Shown piece after piece: positions 12,801-26,200 of a stretch of 64,000 nucleotides of DNA. Each line of letters starts with the position of its first letter. Position 1 is the first letter of the stretch. The notes below the pieces were generated by a model. The model saw nothing but the letters and a program-made list of their open reading frames with translations. It had not been told where the DNA came from and did no database searches. The DNA comes from Bugula neritina (lineage: Eukaryota > Animalia > Bryozoa): assembly GCA_964035545.1 (NCBI GenBank), contig OZ037771.1, positions 3,979,628-4,043,627 of the forward strand, read 5' to 3'. The translations under genes were made by a program, and so were the position numbers.

Positions 12801-14636
12801 TTCGGAGAGAGCATGGTATTAGAAATAAAATTCTTTGACTGTATTTATTACACATATGTCTAGCTAAAAGACAGCTAGTTACACATTATCCAAGTTGCAT
12901 CTTCAGAATATCTGCTGGTAGATGTCTCAGTTGTGAGTGATTTATTAAACCAGATTAGCCATATATTTGACATAACTCTATATAGCTGCTGTATTACATG
13001 ACACCAAATTACACTGCAATGCTAATAAGCTGTATTCTGTCAGGTAAAATTAAATTTGATTGCTAGAAGGGCAGCAAGTTATGTTTTTACAAGACTTTCA
13101 ACCTACACCCCAAACCAAAATTTAATAATAAAATTAAAGAACTTAGGCTATCTCAATTTCTGCACTTTTCAGTTTATTTGTGCCATAACACCAAGGTTCA
13201 GCTCAAGCAAACAGTCAAAGAGTAGGTTTGAGGTACTAGCATTACTGCGTCAGTCAAAGTACACTGATTAGGAGATAAACAGGAAAATATTGCTAGACAA
13301 ATAATCATTGTTTAGTCAGTGTGTGTTTAAGAGGTAGGGCTAGTAGATGTTTCAGTGATAATCTTTTTAGGATTAAATTAACTTCTAGCATTTATAACCA
13401 TTTTATGCAGATTATACTATCACTAAATTCTTTCTTCAGTGATTCTATTGTGTTAAACAGACAATAATTTTATCAATTGATTGAATGATTGCATAACTCC
13501 TACTCAAATAACATATAGAGCCTTGTAGAGTACTTTAAATACTTGATGATGTTGATGTACCTATAGATATGGGAATAGTAGCTGACTTTTAAAGTTTATT
13601 TTTATCTGGTAATGGCTAATTAATTCTCCAGCATTGAGTAGTTAGCATTGTTTAAGGGGTATTATATGACTTGGACTTTACATAAACTAAAGAAGATAAT
13701 AATATTCTAGTGAATTTATAAATCCATACTATATTTCCCATTAGATTTATATCACTTGATATTTGTTTATAATTAGCATACCTCTTTTCTGTAATCTCAG
13801 ACATATAGACAGGTAAATATTTTGGTGTTGCTGTAATTCTAACCAGATGAGGGTACCAAGTGATCCAGTATTAATATAATATAATAGACTGAGACTTCTA
13901 GAGTTACTATATGCAAGCAGCTGCAAGATCTCAGTCAGTGTTTTAGAAAAATCAGAGGCTTTCTAATCTCACAGAAGAGATCATACATTGAACTAAATTC
14001 ATATATTGGGAGTTTAAAAACCTAAGCTACTGAAATTCTTTATTCTCAAAAGATTTCTATCCTATAAAAATGTTTACCTTTCACAAAAGTATATGAGTAC
14101 CAAATGAAATATAAACTTAAAACCGAAGCAGTTTTTTTCAGCTTTCAAAGATCTCTGCTAGAAACAGCAGCTTGCAGTTATTTTAGTGACTGAAGAGGTT
14201 GTGGGTTTTTAATCTTGTTTTAAGGTAATACTCAACAGCAAACAACAAACTCCCCATTGCCAAAGTTTGTTTAATATTTTTGATGCATTTAACAAAGAGC
14301 AGATAAGTTTAAAGCTGCGTTGGAGTAAAATAAGAACTAAGGAGGCTGGAAATAAACGGTAGAGACTGTGAAAAGAGAGAAAATAGATAGCTTAACTTAG
14401 GAGCGAGTAAAAAGATAGTGAAAAAAGACAATGAGAGAAAAGAAGCATCGAGCTATAAGAATAGAATTCAGTAATAGGCCAACCATAATAACTGTAAACA
14501 CTTACCTTGCTAGATCACACTCCGTATAGTTTAGAGAGCATTGTATTGCAGTTACAGAGTTGCCTACCAGGTCAACCGAAACTTCTGTAGTGTTTTGAAT
14601 ATTTGTTAAACTGAGATTAGTAAAGTTGGACATCAT
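3822..14636 (-). CDS. Orphan rhodopsin-like (class A) GPCR, FMRFamide-receptor-like/GPR139-like type, 8 exons, about 420 aa
   Basis: Exons 14636-14506, 9979-9787, 9318-9185, 8634-8537, 6152-5889, 5744-5656, 5217-5009, 3966-3822 join in phase. The N-terminus carries N-glycosylation sequons (NFT, NLS, NTT, NYT). TM1 GTLGN, TM2 SIFD, TM3 C..VTLERT (DRY variant), TM5 LVPF, TM6 FFLITTLP, TM7 NHSLNFFLYCLTGRMFR. Ser/Thr-rich tail. Confidence 0.88.
8134..8341 (-). mobile_element. tRNA-derived SINE, copy 1
   Basis: About 200 bp homologous to 43465-43680. The minus-strand head has A-box-like TGGTCTAGGGG and B-box-like GAGTTCAAACC. It is flanked by the near-identical direct repeat CTATAGT(A/G)TTGAT (8121-8133, 8342-8354), a probable target-site duplication. 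Confidence 0.7.
9666..9788. repeat. 31-bp minisatellite (about 4 copies) containing the GPCR exon 2 splice donor
   Basis: Unit caacaaatgctatgattggccgactcactta. The last copy overlaps the real donor at 9781-9786. Confidence 0.9.
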
Positions 14637-17431
14637 TTTCACTTCAAAAAATCTTCTTTATATAAACACGAATATATAATCCACATCCCTGTTAGCTGAA
14701 AGTTATGTACGCCTCTCCGAATCTTCAGTGAGTAAACTGTTACCTTTTATCTCTGCAATGCAAACTAGGAACTTTATCAAGTTGACCACCACTTTGATCA
14801 GCTGTGTATAGAGTATTGATGTACAAATACCACGATATTACAAGACCAGATACCAATTGACTGAGTAAGAACTAGCATCTCCATGGTAATGTTGCTATTG
14901 TCTAGTAAAACCACCCATTATCTGACAACTATTGGCACATGACGCGATACCACGAGTGGATCGTATGCCAACTCTAATTGGCTAATTTCAGCGGTACTTT
15001 AAAATACACTCTTACAATACTAGGAAGTTATTTGCTTACGTACGGAGTGAAGTATCGTTGTTGTTTTCCACACAACGTACAGTTGCATTAGCAATTAGGG
15101 TTTGCCACTAAAGTCTAAAATTATCCTCTGTTGACAAATTCTATTAACAAAACACAGCTTGGCTAAATTGTTTAGGCAATAAAAAATATATTTAATTGTG
15201 TAAACCAAGTTAAGTTCAGTGTTGTCAAGGAGTAAGTATCGCTATGTAGATCTGATTATAAAAACCAAAATAGATTTATGTATTATGACTAAATTTGATC
15301 TATATTTGGTTAGTATTTAAGCAGTTACCATATGCAAATGCAAAACTGTTTTTCGAGCGATTCATCTCTATATCTTTAGAATCTAGACCGAAAATATCTT
15401 CAACAGCTTCAACTTTAAACATTTTCACGCTTGACCCAATCTTTAAAATTTAATTTTGAGTCATCAATACTGCCCATGCATATCTGTTTCATTGTATGAA
15501 TAAACTATTAATAGTGAAATGAACGTATGTGTATAAATAAGGTAGTTATAGTTCTACTACAGTAGTTCTATTCTGGAGATGATCGAGTTACGGAATGACA
15601 CATGCTCCATTAATTAATACCAGTCACCTGTTTATGGCTGTTACATCTTTAATATAGGAAATCATTCGGTTCTTTCACTGAGCTATGTTATGTATACACC
15701 TAGTGAACATGCATCTGGTATGCAGTTACTGTATGGCTTACAATATATACATGCCTATAGCAAATTTGCATCATACTTTACTGAATAATTAGTAAACCAT
15801 GAAACTTTTACAAAGTCCCTTTTCCTAGTGTTTGGGGAAGTCAACATATTGAGTAACATCAAAGTCTATAATCGTGACTCAGAACAACATAAATCACTTC
15901 AAAGATCACCGAAGAGAAACTACAAAGTTGTAAGGTCATGTCAGCTAGGTTTAGTTCAGTCAAGTCAAAACCTGTAGATCCATTTAATATGGTAGCAAAG
16001 ATCTTAAGGTTTCATCAATATATTGTCTTCGTAACACACTAACATATACACTCTCTGTCAACTGCTTTCCACAAATTCTAGTTCACAGGCTACAGGCTTG
16101 AGAGTTATCACATCTATGTAATTATCAAGTACTAGCACAGAAAGAAGCACTAACTATAATTAACTTGCTTTTAATTTCTATAGCCTATCAATATTAATAT
16201 TAGATTATTGAGTGCTAAAAGTGACATAACAAGTGTCTACAGCAATAGCTTTTGCTATAGAACAGGTATTCAAATATCCTGTAAATAGAAATGATAATGG
16301 AATAATCCTAAAAGCATTACTTAGATTCACTACAAATCTAGATAAGCTAGTTGGTAGAATACTTTTCAACTTAATGGCAGTTTTCACCGCTGATTGCACT
16401 GCTTTAAATTTCTCAGTCAAAAATATTTACTTCCCTAGCCTTAAGATACTTAGCTATATCTAAAAATAAACATTAGTTTGGATAATTGTTGATATAGTAT
16501 GATGCAGTCCTTTATAATGTTGACATGTACTATTTTAAGCAGGTGAAAATCAATTCTCTGAATTATTTTTAAATCTGTTTAAAGGCCAAACGATGTACAT
16601 TAAGTCAAACATGTGAATAAGTAATAAGCGTTTCAATTGTTTCTGTTTTCCTTACTCTATTTTCACATCCTCTCTTTTGAAATATGGAGTGTATTGCGCT
16701 GTAGCTGTTGTAAAGACACAATTAGGCAATGTTAGAAATTATGACACATTTATATCAAAGTTGACAAGTAATATTAATCAAGCAGTTAATAGCTTTTCTT
16801 ACAATTTCCATATTTTATGAGTCAGAATAGAGTATACGGACAAGTTGACTAGTAATTTAGTCGAAGTGATTGAGATGAGAGACCGTATGCAGCTAGTTAT
16901 GAGGAAGTAGCAGAGGTTATGTTATTGTAAACATATACTAATACTGTCATCACTGAAATAGTTTATTAGAGGAGCTTCTTTACTTTTCCTTCAGTCAGAA
17001 GTGAGAGTTATTTGATGCGGGCTCAAGTATATGACAAGATTTAACAGCTGTGTACTATAATGAATGTGAGAGCTCAACAAACAGATTACTCCTTTTGTGT
17101 AGCTAAACAAAAACTCTAAGTAGATGCCATTCCGGTTGGTTTTATAAACCAGCCTCACTTTGAACTGCTTGTATGGCAGTTCACGGTGGTTAGACAGTAA
17201 TTTGTCAATTGTTTAAATTCTAAGGCCAGTATTAGGGCACCTTTTGTTAGGGGATAATTTTAGCTTTTCTCACACTGTGCTTAAATTTTTAGTTAGTCAA
17301 GTGAGTCAAAACTTTTTCCCTCCTTACTTGTTGAAATATTTACATAATTAAAGTTTTAACTATGTGCTCCATTGGTAGAAATGTTAGTTTTTTTATTCAC
17401 CACCATAATACTCTGAAACAGCTGCTGTACA

Positions 17432-17765
17432 AAGTGTGTGTGTTGTGTGTGTTGTGTTAATGTGTGTGAGTGTGTTGTGTGTGTGTGTGTGTGTGTGTCG
17501 TGTGTCGTGTGTCGTGTGTGTGTGTGTGTGTGGTATGCATTCTGTGTGTGTTGTGTGTGCACTGTGCTGTGTGTGCGTTTTGTGTGTGCGTTTTGTGTGT
17601 GCGTTTTGTGTGTGCGTTTTGTGTGTGCGTTTTGTGTGTGTGTTTTGTGTGTGTGTTTTGTGAATGTGTTTTGTGTGTGAGTGTGTGCTGTGTGTGTGCC
17701 ATGTGTGCATTTTATGTGTGTGTTTTGTGTGTGTGTGTTTTGTGTGTGTGTTTTGTGTGTGCATG
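17432..17765. repeat. Compound GT-rich microsatellite, including (GT)n and a 13-bp gtgtgtgcgtttt unit
   Basis: Directly visible. It generates the spurious His/Thr and Cys/Val ORFs in the ORF track. Confidence 0.95.
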
Positions 17766-18609
17766 TTGCGAGTGTAGAAACAGCAACTTTTTGTAATATT
17801 TATAAATTTACAAATTATAAAAGCAAATTTGCTTTCGTAGTTAATAAATATTCACATCACCTAATTTTTGACCTTGACTGCAGATAAGATGCAGTGTGTG
17901 TTTTAATCTGGAATTACTGACCAAGAGTATAGTATTGTGTGTTTAGTCTTCAAGAAGAGTCATATTGTAAACCCCAAGCACACTATACTCAGTTTTATCG
18001 GCAGTTAGAGTACAGCTAGCGACTTACCAAAACTTCAATTCCGAGTAAATTGAGCTCCTTTTCCCTTCTAGTTTGCCGTTATGAATAACAGATATGGACC
18101 TGATTTGATATATGTAAACAGCAGCCAGATGAAAGAAGTAACAGCAACTTTTAAGAACAAACTTTTCACGTGAAGTGGTGAAAAATGAATGAATAGGTCT
18201 CACAAAGGCGCGCACAATAACAAATATTATACACAACAACTGACATTGCTATGGTCCATTTGCGTGGTATACGCCTCAATGTTCATTCAACCGTAAATTA
18301 CCCACAATTCGCTTAGGTGTTTCAGTTATGTTGACAAACTTTTACAGTAAGCTTCTAAAATTTTGTTAAAACAATCACGCATTGGTGAGAAATTACGGTA
18401 CTCACTGTGCAAACTGGGTTAATTCGATAATATGGTAAACAGAATATTTTGCAAACTAGATTACTAACAGTAATTACAGGTTGTTGCAATATACGAGTAG
18501 TTTGTCAACTTTTTTAACAAGAGTGCTATTTCTAGCATTGGTAAATTTATTTTTATATCTTGAAGCCTCTAATATTCATTGTGAAATAAACAAGCAGTCC
18601 GACCTATAA

Positions 18610-18776
18610 AATAACTCCATCCCCGTGAGAACCGAGTTTTTAGGGTGGCTAAGAGCTGAGCCCGTCCTCATGCCTGACAATATGGTTTTAGGGATTTCCC
18701 TCTGGTACAGAAGCAACCATTGTTGAAACCCACAGCTTTTGTCAGTGTCACACCAATGCTGCTCCTTGGCCACCCC
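18610..18776 (-). mobile_element. Possible degenerate SINE of a second family sharing the 3' tail of the SINE at 8134/43465
   Basis: Shares ccatccc(c/t)gtgagaa..gg(g)ctaag with the tail of the other copies. The minus-strand 5' end GGGGTGGCCAAGG..GGGTTTCAA is weakly like a tRNA head. Confidence 0.3.
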
Positions 18777-21700
18777 AACTTATGAAATGTTTAAATTAGA
18801 TGTAACACAATTCAAGAGTTATAGCGGGATCAAGGTTTACTATACATACATATACATATTTCATCCTATTAACGGAGAGAAAAACTCATAAGTTGGTAGT
18901 TGTCTAGCTGAGGCATAAACTGAAGACAACAGATTGCTAAAGCCTTTCACCCAGCATCTGCCATTGAAAGTTCAAACTTTCTATCCCCACAGGTGTAACT
19001 AGAGTAGGAGGAAGGCTTTTGTTGTCTAATATTTTCTGTATTTTATTTGTGCAGTTTATCATTTATAAGCAATTTGAAATGCACTAGCTATAGCATACAG
19101 GCCTACAGGGGTAGAAGGTAGGACTCACTATCTCATGGGAGTCACCTGCACTTGTCTTTCACATGGATTATAATAAAGTATTCATTAAACATTATGAACT
19201 ATTGGCACGCAGCAAAATACTTGCAGTTTTAAACTCATGTATAATGTATCAAGTATATAAGTGTTATACCATATGTTAGCATAATGTATAATATTGCTTA
19301 CAGATACTAGCATAATGCCCATTCTTTATTATCCTACTAAATACTGAATTTAACCTTGACCTCAAAATACAGTATATTTAATGCCTTAAGATTTGATCAT
19401 AAAAACTGGATTTTTGCATATATATAATTTATACAAGGTAGATAACTTATAATTCCTAAGCAATTCACAAAAGAGAATAGTACTGTTTGAAATGCAACAA
19501 ACAGATTATACTTATTAAAAGCAGGCAGCTATTTGTGCAGATAGTGTGCTTGCAATGACAAGAATTAGTAATTGGTATAAAAAGTTTTTTTTAAAACATT
19601 TCTTCGATTTAGAATAAAGCTTATTGTGATCTTTATATCATTTAAATTCCATTATTTATTGGAGTTTTTGATTAAAATATAAATTGATAAGTTTAATAAT
19701 TCATCTTAGTAGATAAAAGTTACTTGTATTATTTAGTATAATTTCTTGATTATTAACCATATCGGGGCCAAATATTATACTACCAGCATATACATGGAAA
19801 TACAAGTATATGACCTGCATGTCATGTTTTTTTGTTATCACTAATTAATACATATTGTTATGTAGTCATACATAAAGTGTAATGATTTTAATGATACATA
19901 ATCATTATAATATAGAAACGTTAGAGTTGTTGATGATTAGTTGTAAGTAGGTACAGTGAATACAAGCTAATGACTAAACACATTAGACTGTCACTCTTTC
20001 AAATAACTGAACTCTCAATAACACCAGTTTGTAAGGTATACAAATCATTAAAACAATGTGTTAAATTTATGATGGTGGTATTTACTTTAGCTAAAATAAT
20101 TCGTACCTATGATTTGGAAGAGTTTAAATATTACCATCATATACACAATTTTGTTAAAAGAAAATAATAGCTAGTTGGAAGATAGAAAATTCACTTGTGT
20201 GTGAGGTAAAAGCGCAGTAACCTGTGAATGTGGCGTATTATAAATCAATAGATCAATTATCAGTAGCTCTTAACTATTGATAATGATTTACAAATTGTTA
20301 ATTTTTAAAACAGAGGACATGTTATATATGTTAGTATAGACTCTGGGCAGTTTTAAAGGCAATAAGCATGTGGAGGCAACTGAAGAGGCCCAAAAAGCTA
20401 GAAACTCATTTATTTCATTTATTATAAACTATAAACTGTTTTACTGAGCAGAAAAATAGATATCTTTATTGTCATGTAGACAAGTTATGCTGGTTTAGCC
20501 TTCATAGCTGAATTACTAAAACTAGTAGAGCTAGTTAAACCAAGTAGAACAATACAATACCATCATAAGAAAATTATATAGAATGCAAGATTGGTTAAAA
20601 CTTTCAGTTTAGGTTTTTTAAATTAAGTTAGATTCAACATGCACCTCAAAATTTTTATACGTATCTGTATTTCAACGTCTTATTTAAATAAAAACTATGA
20701 AATTCTTACTGTGATGTAATAATGAAAGAAATGTTACTCTTCATGTCAACAATTGACAATAATTTCATATTATCAGGGAAAAGATACTAAGATGTGACCT
20801 AACAGAGCATCTCTGGGGTGAGTAGATGGTGAGTGTATCTCCAGTATCTGTTGCTATAGCAACATAAGCTTGCTATGCTTGCTTATTGCTATAAGCTTCT
20901 GCTTCTGAGAACATAGTCTAAATTTATGCACTATTTACTATTTATATCAAATATTATACCAGAAAATTTACAAATTCAAGTTGCAAAGACTGAATATATC
21001 TGTATTAGCAGTTTCTAACAGTGCTTCCTCCGTATCTCACTAAGCTACGGGGCCGAAAACACAATTTTTAGTAGAATACCAGATTTAACTTTGTTAAGTT
21101 TGGCCATTTATTCCTATGCACACATACATAGGCTACAAAGCAGGGCTCCAAGCCCTTCTTGTGACCTATAGAATGTTGTGAGACATGAAGCCATAAGATA
21201 TAGAGCGAACAACTAGCTGACCTGTTACTTTGTATTCTAATATTATAATAAATGTATTCAATTCAGTAATGCAACAGCTAGCCCATACTTCAACTACAGG
21301 ATGTATGGTAAGTATGGTTTAAGTACAATACCAATCTGTACTATGTACTTAGTGTATGGTATGTTCTGGAAAACACATGTAATAAATAGTTTGACTTTGT
21401 AAGTAGTTACAATACATTTCCACTCAAACAATGACTCACAACATCACAGATAACTACACTACATTGACTTGCGTGTTTTCTCACATATATTAGTGTTAGT
21501 TACTATCTAGTCTATTCAACATTGTAACTACTACTAGCTATATGAAAATTCGCTGATATTTTCATGGTAATTGTTTTACACACGAGTGGAGTAGGTTCCT
21601 AAGTTGTTTATCACAGATGAGTCAAATTTCCTTCCTTTAAAAGCTAATAAAGATGTCGTGGTAGCAGCATGTATTTTTGTGTGGAATTCGCAAACATTAG

Positions 21701-23223
21701 GTCATCTATATTACTTCCAACTTGTGTATCTTTCATAGAAAAAATCGTTGTATGCAGGTCAAGTTTGGTGCTTTAGCACAAACTTGATATAAACAATTAT
21801 TGTAAACACAGTGAACTTACATTTCTATATTCAACTATGGAATAGTAAATACCAGTATACACGTACTGGTTGTTATCCCCTACCATTCTAACTTCTTGGA
21901 AATGACAAGCACAAGAAATAAATTGCAATTGTATTTCAACACGCAATACTTATAATTTTAATCTCTGAATGTTTTGGTGGTAAGAAGAAACACTAAAAAT
22001 GATGCACAAAAGAAGTGTAAATAATAATCAAATGATTATGCTGAAAATGATAAATTACCAAGTTACAGCACTATTAATTTATGCTAATAAGTAATTCGCT
22101 TTTCTAAGAAGTCATTTGCTATGACCGCATAACAATATTATTGTAAGTCTTAAATTTTCCTAGAACTTGATTTCAACTATAAATAATATAACATTAAGTT
22201 AGATTTTCTGATACAAGGACAGTGTGGTTATAACACCACTGTAACACGTGCACATAAAATATCTTTCTAGTCTACTAGTAGTTTTAACCAAGAAGTTAAG
22301 TGGTAAAGCAATTCTGTTGAGATAGTGAGCATATGGTAAATATAGCTTGTAATTACGTGGTTGTCTTGTCCATATATCCAGAAACAAATATTACGTGATA
22401 GATACAGGATAATAGTTTTGCAACACAATATGGCCAGTGATTTATCCCATAAACAACTATTTGTGTAGTTACGTGTCATTCCATTTTTCAAGATAAACAG
22501 CTTGTATACACTGCACGTGAGCACAACCCTTCGGTTCACATGTATACCAATCTGCTTGTTGAAAATTGTAGTTTTGTTTAATTTGTGGCAATTATTTCAA
22601 CAGCAGTCAGAAAAAATAGTGAGTCTAATTTAAGAGACTAAAGTGAAGAATTGTCTTTTTCCCACAAGAAAAACACTCAACCATATCCATTAAACAAATA
22701 TAAAAAAACTTTACTTTTAAAATAAGTGCTGGTTATAGTAAAGCAAATTTTTAAGTAAAATTAATAGATGCTATCAAAATAATATATTTCATTTTATGTA
22801 ATTAATCACTCAATCTAGATATTTAATATTCTGATAGCCTCTTTTTATTCCTCCTGTTGCAAAGAGTAACCAGTTACTAAAATTTTGTAGAGTAAAACTC
22901 TGTGATTATGAGTTACTATAAGAAGTATTTTCATCTCTCCTATGACATCTCGCCTCGAGCTACCACTCCCTCTGGTGAATAACAAACATATCTTAATTAA
23001 TTCCACCAGCATGTAACAGAGTATGTCACACTATTCAAAAATAACTTCACTTTCAGCAGTCAACACTATATGTACTGTATAATTGTTGTAAATTATGCAC
23101 GCAATTAACATGTTGCAATAATTCTAGTCTTTAAACTATTTGGCCAACGATGGTGTAAGCTGCGAGCATTTGTAATACTACCAACACCCACGCAAGTTTT
23201 TAATGGTAATTTTATTATTTTAG

Positions 23224-26200
23224 ATGTCACTCAGCCAACGGAACAGGAAGTTGACGTGAAAGCACCGGCATGTTGCTCTCTTATGAGTGAAACAAATGAA
23301 AGAGCTTTGGCTAAAAGTCAAGAACTGCTGTTAGAGAAAGAGAACGAAAGGGAAAAGGTTAGAGATGTGGATCCCACACAATGTTTTGAAAGTCCAAAAT
23401 CTACTTCTGTTGAAGAGGGATTTTCCTTTTCAGCCGATTTACAAATGGCTTTACAATCTTCAATGGAAGTGTGGATCCCAAAAGCCAATTCGGAGAAAGT
23501 AGAGTTGAATGACAAAAATCTTTTACATCAACCAAAACATTCAATTTCAGATTTAAAGCAAATGCCAGCTATTGATGAAGATCATCTGGCTAGAGAAGTC
23601 TTAGATATAGATTTCCTTGATCATACCTCATACAGTAAAAATTTGAGTGTCAATATGAAATGTGAAGCAAAACTACCATCAAGAAAAAATGAAACAATTT
23701 CAGAGTGTAAACAGGTGAATATAAAAGGCCTTGGGTTCAAAGGCACCCAGAATGAGAAGACAACTTTCTTAACATGTGAAGGTCCTGAAAATAGTCCTGG
23801 AGTTCACAACAAAGAAATAAACTGGATTGTGTTTAAAACGCCACCTGAGTTTAACCAAATAAATATTTTAAAACGACCAAAAAATAGAAAACCAGGCTCT
23901 CCAATGGTAGGTGGTAATGAAAATTAGTCATTCAAATAATATATATTTAGTCAAAAGCTCTACATCCTGTTCCTTTTTATACTTTTTGTTTAAAATACAG
24001 AAACCATGCATTTCACAACTTATCACATTGAGTCAACGCACTGATTTAGCATTTTACAAGTTCAAGAGTAACACCTGGTTAAATTTAGCAACAGCCAGTT
24101 GTGAATTGAAGTCAATCAACACTTCAGAAAACCTCAAACAATTCCTGACAAACTGGAATAGTTTTTCACTTGACACTCATCACCATCAATGGAGATTATT
24201 AGCTTAAAGTTGCAGAATATATAGAATTATGATAGCTGTACATTAGAGTAATAAGTGTGTAATGAGCAATAGATTAGGTGTTACTGTTGTGCAATTATAC
24301 CTGATGAATAATTCTATCAAAATATGGAAAGCAATACTTGCAATGAAATGTTGCAAAATTGTTACTCATATAGTGATCAATATAGTGTAGGCTAAACTAA
24401 TAGTAAAATTAGTTGTAATGAATATTACAGAGAAGGTCAAAGTCTCATGAAAAACTTTTGATCCAACCACAATTATTAGATGAAGAACCTCAAGATTTCC
24501 ATTCTAAACAACAAATAGAACAGACAACTCCCAATAGCCTTGCTGAATCCTCATTGCCCAAAGAGTGTGTTATAAAAGAGAAACAATGTTACAAGACCGC
24601 AAGGAGCTCTAAATCTACTGACATGTCTCCTAATTTATCTGAACATGTTTCAGGAAAAAGGTTATCATCTTTACAACAAACAATCATGTCAGATGCAGCA
24701 ATGTCAGGAGGTGAAAAATCCTTAACTGAACCAGATTGTTTACCATCAGAATTATGTATTTCATCTGTACCATTATGCGCTGCTGAGACTGCTTGTACCA
24801 CTAGCGTCTTACACAGCAGTGTCAGCCACACGTCTTATGATGACGTTAATGCTCAAACATCAAACAGTGTCTCTACCAGATTTATGACGTCCTCAAAACT
24901 AACTACTGGTTCAAGCAGATCTATGAGTACCGAATCAAATGAATTGCCCTTTACAAACAGTTCACTGAATAAATCTAGTAAACCATCACGTGCTCCAAGA
25001 AATGAAGATACTTATAGAAATAGTGGCAGCTCAATGAAGGTAAACTTTGAATTCAGCTGGAAATAGCTCAAGCTTTTAACTTTTAGAGAAAACAGGCACA
25101 TTATATATAAAGCGTGTCAAAGGAAGTCTAGTGGAACATTGAGCAACATCTGCATATATTTTTTAACTTTTTGCATATAAATTTGAAAATACTCAATTTA
25201 TTTGAGAAAAAAAGTTTCATCCTGGTGTAGTAAATAGCACATTATAGTTATGGTTAGTTTTATAGTATACTACAGTATACTAAAGCATACCATAGTATAC
25301 TATCAATTACTACTATTGCACAAAAGTTGCCTTATGTCAATTTTTATATATCAAATGACTTTTGTTTATAATAATAAATGATGTAGATAAGACGAAAGAA
25401 AACAAGCAGTAATACAACAAGACTTAGTACAACTACTCTAGAATCTACAGCCCATGACTCAAAATACTTGCTCAGAAAAGGTAAGCAAGATGGCAGTAGA
25501 CAGACCTCTAAGTCATACTTTACACACTGAACTTGTATCAGTGTAGCTAAAATGCGTCATATATTATTAGATGAATAGTATTACAGAAATTATTGAGCGG
25601 CTATTTTTATTTTGAGCAATTTTCAGCCAATAAGAAAGATCAAAGTCTAAACTCTAGCCTTAGAAAGCAGAATCAAGCTAGCAGCCAAATCAAACAGGAA
25701 ATGCTTTTTGATGTGGAGAGATTTGATATGATACTAGAACATATATATCCATCAAAAAACACGCTGGACAGCAATTTACTGAGTAAGGAGTTACTTTCCC
25801 CTGATCAACTTAGCAAACTGCAGAATAAACCCCCAATGTAAGTTAGTTGCATCAGTTCGAAATTAAAACACCTAAAATTATATGTTATGTTGTCTATGTG
25901 CCTATAATATAATAATACTAAATGCATGATGTACCTTAGCAAAAGACCTAGTAGGGTTGTTATAAGTGCAATCTGTTGTAATTTTGCTGTTTTGAGCTAA
26001 CTAGATATATAATAAATTCATGAGTATAACATGTATTATATTTTTGACACTCATCTATGATGTAATCATTATTTTATTCTGCTATTGTCATACGTATTAA
26101 AAATTTATAATTTCACTAATTAGTATTGCTCATGTAGTCATCCTTAAAACAGAGTTTAAAGAAGTACTTTTTAAAAATTCTTTTAGACGCAATGGCAAAA

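Noticed and set aside
17356-17887. Multiple His/Thr-rich and Cys/Val-rich ORFs
   Set aside because: These are translations of a (GT)n-type microsatellite, open in most frames and without exon structure.
15000-23200. Scattered short ORFs and isolated exon-like segments (e.g. 18028-18099 minus, 21618-21700 plus)
   Set aside because: They could not be chained into a phase-consistent, recognisable protein. The region may hold 5' exons of the kinase gene, but this is unsupported.
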